Source: a virus (lineage: Duplodnaviria; Heunggongvirae; Uroviricota; Caudoviricetes). From it: a stretch of 5,329 nt of DNA. The translations under genes were made by a program, and so were the position numbers. Below are positions 1 through 5,329 of this stretch, piece by piece. Under the pieces are notes generated by a model, which worked only from the letters and a program-made list of their open reading frames with translations, was not told where the DNA came from and searched no databases. The stretch lies in IMG/VR virus record IMGVR_UViG_2529292735_000011; one strand, written 5' to 3'. The number at the start of each line of letters is the position of its first letter. Within the stretch, counting starts at the first letter, position 1.

Positions 1-116
1 TGAGCGGCAATATCACGCACAGCGGCGGCAATTTCACCTCAAACGGCATTACCGTGCATACGCATAAACACGGTGGCGTGAAAGGTGGCAGCGATTCGAC
101 AGGAGGCCCGCGGTGA
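1..116 (+). CDS. V: Baseplate central spike protein gpV, C-terminal fragment (5' end lies outside the window)
   Basis: Frame starting at nt 3 reads ...SGNITHSGGNFTSNGITVHTHKHGGVKGGSDSTGGPR and stops at TGA 114-116. This matches my recollection of the P2 gpV C-terminus, and it directly precedes a gpW-like ORF in P2 gene order. The stop overlaps the next start (GTGA). Confidence 0.75.
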   Translation, partial: SGNITHSGGNFTSNGITVHTHKHGGVKGGSDSTGGPR

Positions 117-463
117 CAACCCGCTACACAGGAATGAACCCGGACGGAACGGGAAACCTGAACGATATGGAGCACCTGAAACAGTCAGTCAGGGACATCC
201 TGACCACCCCGCTGGCAAGCCGGGTTATGCGACGGGAATATGGCAGCCTTGTGCCTGATTTGATTGACGAACCCATGAATAACACCACGCGTCTGCAATG
301 CATGAGTGCTGCCGTGATTGCACTGGCACGATGGGAACCCCGCATTGCCCTGGATGCCATCGACGTTGTCTGGAAAGCGGGAGGCCGCGCCGGGGTGACG
401 CTGTCGGGCACTGTCATGCAGACCATGCAGAATGTTGAATTAACCATCACGCTGAGGGAGTAA
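113..463 (+). CDS. W: Baseplate wedge protein gpW (T4 gp25-like)
   Basis: 116-aa ORF with a GTG start at 113, preceded by AGGAGG at 101-106 at good spacing. Size and sequence (TTRYTGMN...SRVMRREYGSL...) resemble P2 gpW. Position between V and J fits P2 synteny. Confidence 0.85.
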   Translation: MTTRYTGMNPDGTGNLNDMEHLKQSVRDILTTPLASRVMRREYGSLVPDLIDEPMNNTTRLQCMSAAVIALARWEPRIALDAIDVVWKAGGRAGVTLSGTVMQTMQNVELTITLRE

Positions 464-466
464 ATC

Positions 467-1362
467 ATGCCCGCCGTTGACCTTTCACAGTTACCGGAAC
501 CCGCCATCATCGCGGAGCCTGACTTTGAGGCAATTCTGGCTGACACAAAGGCCATGATGATTGCGTCCTATCCTGCCGAACAGCGTGAAGCCGTTTCCGC
601 CGCGCTGGAGCTGGAATCGGAACCCCTGAACGTTATCGCTCAACCATGTCGTTTCGTGAAATGCTGTTACGCCAGCGGGTTAACGAGGGCGCACGCGCCT
701 GCATGTTAAGCCACAGCGCCGGGACAGACCTGGACAACCTCGCGGGAAATATGAACACAAAGCGCCTGGTTATCACTCCGGCAACGGATACCACCGACGC
801 GGTGATGGAGAGCGACACCTCGCTGAGACTGCGGGCGCAGCGGGCGTATGACGGCCTGAGTGTTGCTGGCCCGTCAGGTGCATACGAGTATTTTGCCCGC
901 AGCGCCAGCGGTCTGGTGCGTGATGCGCGGGCTATCAGTCCGTCTCCGGCAAATGTGACGGTTTCCATCCTGTCCACTGAGGGCGACGGCACAGCAACGG
1001 AGGCGTTGCTTAATACCGTTCGCGCCGTTCTGAATGCAGAGGACACCCGCCCGGTGGCCGACCGCCTGACCGTACAGAGCGCCAGAATCGTGACATGGCG
1101 GCTGAATGCAAAACTGTACTTTTACCCCGGCCCGGAATCCGAACCTATTCTGGCCGCGGCAGAATCGTCATTCAGGAAGTGGCTGGCTGAACAGGGGCTT
1201 ATCGGTCAGGACGTGGCGTTGTCCGCCATTGCTGCCGCACTGCATGTGCACGGTGTGCAACGCGTGGAGATAATCGAACCCACACAGAATATGGCCATCA
1301 GCGACATACAGGCAGCGCGCTGTGAGTCATTCACCATCAGTGAAGGTGGGCGCAATGAGTAA
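467..1362 (+). pseudogene. J: Baseplate protein gpJ (T4 gp6-like), interrupted by a -1 frameshift near 641-646 (pseudogene or sequencing indel)
   Basis: ATG at 467 follows the W stop by 3 nt. The N-terminal part, 467..~643, reads MPAVDLSQLPEP...ESEPLNVIAQ and then runs to a stop at 707-709. The homology continues in the -1 frame as (T)MSFREMLLRQRVNEGARA... in the ORF 646..1362. Joined across the shift the product is about the length of P2 gpJ and is collinear with it. The stop at 1360-1362 overlaps the I start (ATGAGTAA). Confidence 0.75.
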
Positions 1363-1886
1363 TTCACTGTTACCACCATCAGCCAGCAATTTCATGCGTT
1401 GTGCCGAAGCCGTCGGAACACGCATTACAGACATTCCGGTCGACCTCAACACGCTGTGGTCGCCGGACACCTGCCCGGTGCACCTGCTGCCTTATCTCGC
1501 CTGGGCGTTTTCCGTTGACCGCTGGGATCGCAACTGGCCGGAAGAGACAAAGCGACAGGTGATTCGTGATGCATGGCTGATACACCGACACAAAGGGACC
1601 ATCAGCGCACTGCGCAGGGCCATTGAGCCGCTGGGATACCTCATTCGCGTGTCTGAGTGGTGGGAGTTCGGCGGAGAACCGGGAACATTTACCGTTGAAG
1701 TCGGCACGCTGGACAGTGGCGTGACGGAGGAAATGTATCTGGAAATGGAGCGGTTGATTGCTGATGCCCGCCCGGTCAGCCGCCACACTGACAGGGCTGA
1801 ATATCATTCAGGAGATCCCGGGGGATATTTTCGCGGCGGCAGCAACTTACGACGGTGAAGTCATTACCATTTATCCGGACGATTAA
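1355..1886 (+). pseudogene. I: Baseplate protein gpI, probable +1 frameshift near 1784-1790 (contiguous ORF reads 1355..1858; homologous C-terminus continues in another frame to 1886)
   Basis: ATG at 1355 overlaps the J stop. The translation MSNSLLPPSASNF...LLPYLAWAFSVDRWD...HKGTISALRRAIEPLGYLI...EMERLIADARPVSRH matches gpI. After ...SRH the annotated frame gives an unrelated tail and stops at 1856-1858. The frame shifted by one reads LTGLNIIQEIPGDIFAAAATYDGEVITIYPDD and stops at 1884-1886, 2 nt before the H start; this resembles my recollection of the P2 gpI C-terminus. Confidence 0.6.
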
Positions 1887-2432
1887 GCATGAGTACCACA
1901 ACACGAAAATTTAAAACCATTATCACTGATACTGGTGCCAAAAAATTAGCTCAGGCTGCCGCGCCAGATGGTAATCCTGTCCGCCTGACTCATATGGCCG
2001 TGGGCGACGGTGGCGGCACGTTGCCCACACCAGACAGTAAGCAGACCCGTCTGGTGCATGAGGTGTGGCGACATACTGTTAATCGCGTCATCCTGGACGC
2101 AACACATCAGAACCGCATTATTGCGGAGCTGGTTATTCCTCCTGAAACGGGCGGATTCTGGATCCGGGAAATTGGTGTATTTGATGAGCACGGCGATTTG
2201 ATCGCGGTGGGCAATACTGCCGAAAGTTACAAACCAACCGTTGCCGAAGGATCCGGACGTGCACAAACATTTCGCACCATTCTGACCGTATCCAGCACTG
2301 CCACCGTGGCGCTTACCGTGGATAACACCATGGTGATGGCCACAGTGGATTACGTGGATGACAAACTGAAAGAGCATGAACAGTCACGACGTCACCCGGA
2401 CGCCTCGCTGACCGCAAAAGGCTTTTGTTCAA

Positions 2433-2910
2433 CTCAGTAGCGCCACTAACAGCGTGTCTGAAACGCAGGCTGCAACGCCGAAAGCAGTAAAGGCCGCGTA
2501 TGATCTTGCTAACGGGAAATATACTGCGCAGGATGCCACCACAGCGCGAAAAGGCCTTGTCCAGCTCAGTAGCGCCACCAACAGCGATTCTGAAACGCTG
2601 GCGGCAACACCAATGGCGGTAAAGGCAGCATATGACCTTGCTAACGGGAAATATACTGCGCAGGATGCCACCACAGCGCGGAAAGGCCTTGTCCAGCTCA
2701 GTAGCGCCACCAACAGCACGTCTGAAGCACTGGCCGCAACACCGAAAGCGGTAAAGACAGCATATGACCTTGCTAACGGGAAATATACCGCTCAGGACGC
2801 TACGACAGCACAAAAAGGGATTGTCCAGCTAAGCAGCGCGACTAACAGCACATCTGAAACGCTTGCCGCGACACCGAAAGCAGTGAAAGCAGCTAATGAC
2901 AATGCGAATG
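2433..2910 (+). repeat. In-frame 132-bp tandem repeat inside H (about 3.5 copies, 44-aa unit [44 protein letters not shown])
   Basis: Unit starts at 2433, 2565, 2697 and 2829, all exactly 132 nt apart. The first three copies are near-identical at nucleotide level; the fourth diverges after about 60-80 nt. The repeat also generates the spurious antisense ORFs 2313..2813 and 2429..2719. Confidence 0.9.
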
Positions 2911-3668
2911 GTCGGGTACCTTCTGCCCGTAAGGTGAATGGTAAGGCGCTTTCAGCGGATATTACACTGACGCCGAAAGATATTGGTACGCTTAACTCAA
3001 CAACTATGTCATTCAGCGGTGGTGCTGGTTGGTTCAAATTAGCAACGGTAACCATGCCGCAGGCGAGTTCTGTTGTTTCAATTACGTTGATTGGTGGCGC
3101 GGGATTTAACGTGGAGTCACCTCAACAGGCAGGTATATCTGAACTTGTTCTTCGTGCGGGAAATGGAAATCCAAAAGGTCTTACTGGTGCGTTATGGCGA
3201 CGGACATCGGTTGGATTTACTAATTTTGCATGGGTGAATACATCCGGTGATACCTATGATGTTTATGTTGAAATAGGTAATTACGCCACAGGTGTTAATA
3301 TTCAATGGGATTATACCAGTAACGCCAGCGTAACGATTCATACTTCACCAGCATATTCTGCTAATAAGCCGGAAGGATTAACGGACGGTTCTGTTTATTC
3401 GCTGTATATTTCGCCTCATGAACTTTATCCGGTTGGCGCACCGATCCCTTGGCCATCAGATACCGTTCCGTCTGGTTATGCCCTGATGCAGGGGCAGACT
3501 TTTGACAAATCTGCATACCCGAAACTTGCAGTCGCTTATCCGTCAGGCGTGATCCCTGATATGCGTGGCTGGACTATCAAGGGCAAACCTGCCAGTGGTC
3601 GTGCCGTATTGTCTCAGGAACAGGACGGCATTAAATCGCACACCCACAGCGCCAGCGCATCCAGTACT

Positions 3669-3758
3669 GATTTGGGGACGAAAACCACATCGTCGTTTGA
3701 TTACGGTACTAAAACGACCAGTTCATTTGATTACGGCACAAAAACCACAAATAGCGCA
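3669..3758 (+). repeat. Three tandem 30-nt / 10-aa units in the H distal region ([10 protein letters not shown] / [10 protein letters not shown] / [10 protein letters not shown])
   Basis: Read directly from the translation and nucleotides. The copies differ at synonymous positions, so this is an older protein-level repeat rather than a recent duplication. Confidence 0.55.
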
Positions 3759-4036
3759 GGAGCTCATTCACACAATATACCTGTTGGTCACACTGGCGCG
3801 GGGAATGGTGTATCAGCCGGTTATAACGCTGCGTTAGGTACTGGTACCACGTCGAGCGCAGGAGGGCATGCTCACAATGTATATATCGGTGCCCATAACC
3901 ACACTATCGGCATTGGTGCTCATGCCCATTCTGTCATTATTGGTCCCCACGGACACACCATCACCGTTAATGCTACGGGGAACGCAGAAAACACCGTAAA
4001 AAACATCGCATTTAACTATATTGTGAGGCTTGCATA

Positions 4037-4615
4037 ATGACATTCAGAATGAGTGAACAATCACGGACCATAAAAATTTATAATCTACTGACCGGAACCA
4101 ATGAGTTTATTGGTGAAGGTGATGCACACATTCCACCTCATACAGGTCTGCCTGCAAACAGTACCGATATTGCCCCGCCAGATATTCCGGCTGGCTTCGT
4201 GGCCGTTTTCAACAGTGATGAGGCATCGTGGCATCTCGTTGAAGACCATCGGGGTAAAACGGTTTATGACGTGGCATCAGGGGACTCGTTATTTATTTCT
4301 GAACTCGGTCCATTACCGGAAAATGTTACCTGGTTGTCGCCGTATGGAGAGTATCAAAAGTGGAACGGCACATCCTGGGTGAAAGATGCAGAAGCAGAAA
4401 AACTGTTTCGGATAAGGGAGGCGGAAGAAACAAAAAACAGCCTGATGCAGGTAGCCAGCGAGCATATTGCGCCACTTCAGGATGCCGTAGATTTGGATAT
4501 TGCAACGGAGGAAGAGGCATCGTTACTGGCTGCATGGAAGACATACCGGGTATTGTTGAATCGTGTTAATACAGCGGTAGCAGCGGAAGTTGAGTGGCCA
4601 GTCGCCCCACAATAA
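4037..4615 (+). CDS. tfa: Tail fibre assembly chaperone (lambda Tfa-like, with a P2 gpG-like C-terminal end)
   Basis: 192-aa ORF whose ATG overlaps the H stop (TAATG), with GTGAGG upstream. The sequence [54 protein letters not shown]... is very close to my recollection of lambda Tfa. The C-terminal ...[26 protein letters not shown] resembles the conserved end of P2 gpG. It sits immediately downstream of the fibre gene, as cognate chaperones do. Confidence 0.85.
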   Translation: MTFRMSEQSRTIKIYNLLTGTNEFIGEGDAHIPPHTGLPANSTDIAPPDIPAGFVAVFNSDEASWHLVEDHRGKTVYDVASGDSLFISELGPLPENVTWLSPYGEYQKWNGTSWVKDAEAEKLFRIREAEETKNSLMQVASEHIAPLQDAVDLDIATEEEASLLAAWKTYRVLLNRVNTAVAAEVEWPVAPQ

Positions 4616-4621
4616 AGAGAA

Positions 4622-4651
4622 AAAGCCATCGATTGAAATATAGATGGCTTT
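4622..4651. terminator. Bidirectional rho-independent terminator between the convergent tfa and acetyltransferase genes
   Basis: Perfect 9-bp inverted repeat AAAGCCATC (4622-4630) / GATGGCTTT (4643-4651) around a 12-nt loop, with a GC core GCCATC/GATGGC. On the minus strand the stem is followed by TTTTTCTCTTTATT; on the plus strand by TTTATGT. It lies in the 43-bp gap between the two stop codons (4615 and 4659). Confidence 0.6.
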
Positions 4652-4658
4652 ATGTACT

Positions 4659-5231
4659 CTATTTATACAATACAACACCGCTCTTTTTAGTTATATATGT
4701 GCAGTTCGATGGTATATCTTTATTTATAAAAGACATTGCACCTATTTTTACATTATCCCCAATTTTACGTGATAATCCAATGATGCAACAATTAGCTCCG
4801 ATATCAACGTTACTACCAATTTTTACTCTTGAACCAGGCATGTCACCATCTATCTGCCCAATGGTAGTATTCTGCCGTAACACCAGATTTTCACCAGCAT
4901 CAACAGCAAAATGAACAACAATTCCAGCATGATGGGGAATTGTTAACCCTTTTCCAATATTTGCGCCCAATCCAATTTCACAACCAAATTTGTTAATTAT
5001 TTTATTGTTTAACTTTTTGGCTGCTGTCTTATGTAATTTATTACCATTAATATACATTTCGTTAGCCAACCGCCACCAGAAAAGGAAATTCCGGTTACGC
5101 TGTTTTTTCTCTCTTAAAAGCCTCCAGATATCCATACGTTTCCGCCGAATTACTTCATATTTCCAGAAGTTTTTTAAATTAGTAGAGTTCCCAAATAAAA
5201 CAAAGTGAATTGCCATTAAGTAAGACAGCAC
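4659..5231 (-). CDS. Hexapeptide-repeat (left-handed beta-helix) O-acetyltransferase, WcaB / serine acetyltransferase (CysE) family-like; AT-rich cargo gene
   Basis: Minus-strand ORF with stop TAG at 4659-4661. The six-frame track extends it to 5264, but the best start is the GTG at 5231-5229, which lies 6 nt after a strong SD AAGGAG (5243-5238). An ATG at 5216 is an alternative. The core ...GCEIGLGANIGKGLTIPHHAGIVVHFAVDAGENLVLRQNTTIGQ...VKIGSNVDIGANCCIIG...IGDNVKIGAMSFINKDIP has the [LIV]-G-x-x-x-x hexapeptide periodicity and the I-x-H-H-x-G-I-V-V motif of the CysE/WcaB/NodL transferase family. It is visibly AT-rich with A/T-rich codons, unlike the upstream phage genes. Confidence 0.75.
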   Translation of the reverse strand: MLSYLMAIHFVLFGNSTNLKNFWKYEVIRRKRMDIWRLLREKKQRNRNFLFWWRLANEMYINGNKLHKTAAKKLNNKIINKFGCEIGLGANIGKGLTIPHHAGIVVHFAVDAGENLVLRQNTTIGQIDGDMPGSRVKIGSNVDIGANCCIIGLSRKIGDNVKIGAMSFINKDIPSNCTYITKKSGVVLYK

Positions 5232-5282
5232 GATAATCTCCTTAATTATTATTTCAGACCACACATGTTATAAGGTTAAGAG

Positions 5283-5311
5283 ATTATAAAATCCTGTTGT
5301 TTGTTATTCAA
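5283..5311 (-). promoter_or_regulatory. Candidate sigma70 promoter for the acetyltransferase gene
   Basis: On the minus strand: TTGAAT (plus-strand 5311-5306), a 17-nt spacer, then consensus TATAAT (5288-5283), about 50 nt upstream of the GTG at 5231. AT-rich DNA produces such hexamers by chance, so this is sequence-only support. Confidence 0.45.
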
Positions 5312-5329
5312 AAACAATTTTCTGAGAAG

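Larger units (their letters stand above)
1889..4037 (+). pseudogene. H: Tail fibre protein gpH, mosaic (P2-type N-terminus, lambda Stf / T4 gp37-like C-terminal tip), interrupted by a single-T insertion at 2423-2426
   Basis: ORF 1889..2440 (MSTTTRKFKTIITDTGAKKLA...[11 protein letters not shown]) matches the P2 gpH N-terminal baseplate-attachment region and ends at TAG 2438-2440 after ...GFCSTQ. The fibre continues in the next frame from 2427 as VQLSSATNS... and runs as one ORF to TAA 4035-4037. The break is a TTTT run where the downstream repeat copies have the in-frame sequence ggc ctt gtc cag. The C-terminus ends ...[15 protein letters not shown] with HxH repeats. The stop overlaps the next start (TAATG). 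Confidence 0.8.

Noticed and set aside
124-2377. Antisense or alternative-frame ORFs 124..555(-), 633..1046(-), 1379..1807(-), 1492..1788(-), 1946..2377(-), 2010..2201(+)
   Set aside because: All are embedded in and overlap the collinear W-J-I-H genes. They have no plausible starts or homology and are expected as open frames opposite genes in GC-balanced DNA.
2433-2910. Possible CRISPR array, because of regularly spaced near-identical repeats
   Set aside because: The units are 132 bp, directly abutting with no spacers, in frame and coding for a known fibre motif. This is a protein tandem repeat.
2313-3055. Minus-strand ORFs 2313..2813, 2429..2719 and 2792..3055 with internally repetitive translations
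   Set aside because: They lie antisense to the tail-fibre gene and are open only because of the 132-bp tandem repeat and its GC-rich, stop-poor composition. The + strand carries the clearly homologous product.
1889-4037. Diversity-generating retroelement or invertible (Gin/Cin-type) host-range switch acting on the fibre gene
   Set aside because: The window has no reverse transcriptase, template repeat or invertase gene, and no inverted copy of the fibre tip. It cannot be excluded outside the window but is unsupported here.
3565-4569. Small ORFs 3565..3837(+), 3834..4043(-), 4101..4382(+), 4326..4544(-), 4360..4569(+)
   Set aside because: They lie in alternative frames inside H and tfa, and the main frames carry the conserved products.
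4594-5208. Plus-strand ORFs 4594..4914 and 4990..5208 in the AT-rich region
   Set aside because: They are antisense to the acetyltransferase gene, which has the recognisable hexapeptide motifs, SD and terminator. The translations are low-complexity.
1-5329. tRNA or rRNA genes, attachment site, insertion sequence
   Set aside because: I saw no cloverleaf-like structure, terminal inverted repeats or transposase-like ORF. The AT-rich segment is explained by the acetyltransferase gene and its regulatory flanks.

Overview
This window is the distal end of a P2-family (Peduovirus-like) prophage late operon on the + strand: the 3' end of the baseplate spike gene V, then W, J, I, the tail-fibre gene H and the tail-fibre assembly gene G/tfa, with start/stop overlaps typical of translational coupling. 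J, I and H each appear interrupted by a single-nucleotide indel, so the module is either decaying or the sequence carries indel errors. H is a mosaic fibre with a P2-type N-terminus, an expanded 132-bp in-frame tandem repeat and a His-rich lambda Stf / T4 gp37-like tip. Immediately after G, at 4616, composition switches abruptly to AT-rich DNA carrying a convergent, self-contained cassette (own promoter, SD and terminator) for a WcaB/CysE-like hexapeptide-repeat acetyltransferase. This sits where P2 carries its Z/fun locus and is the best candidate for a cargo system; the window ends 65 bp upstream of it, so its full extent is unseen. All homology statements are from reading the translations and from memory of these families; no searches were run.
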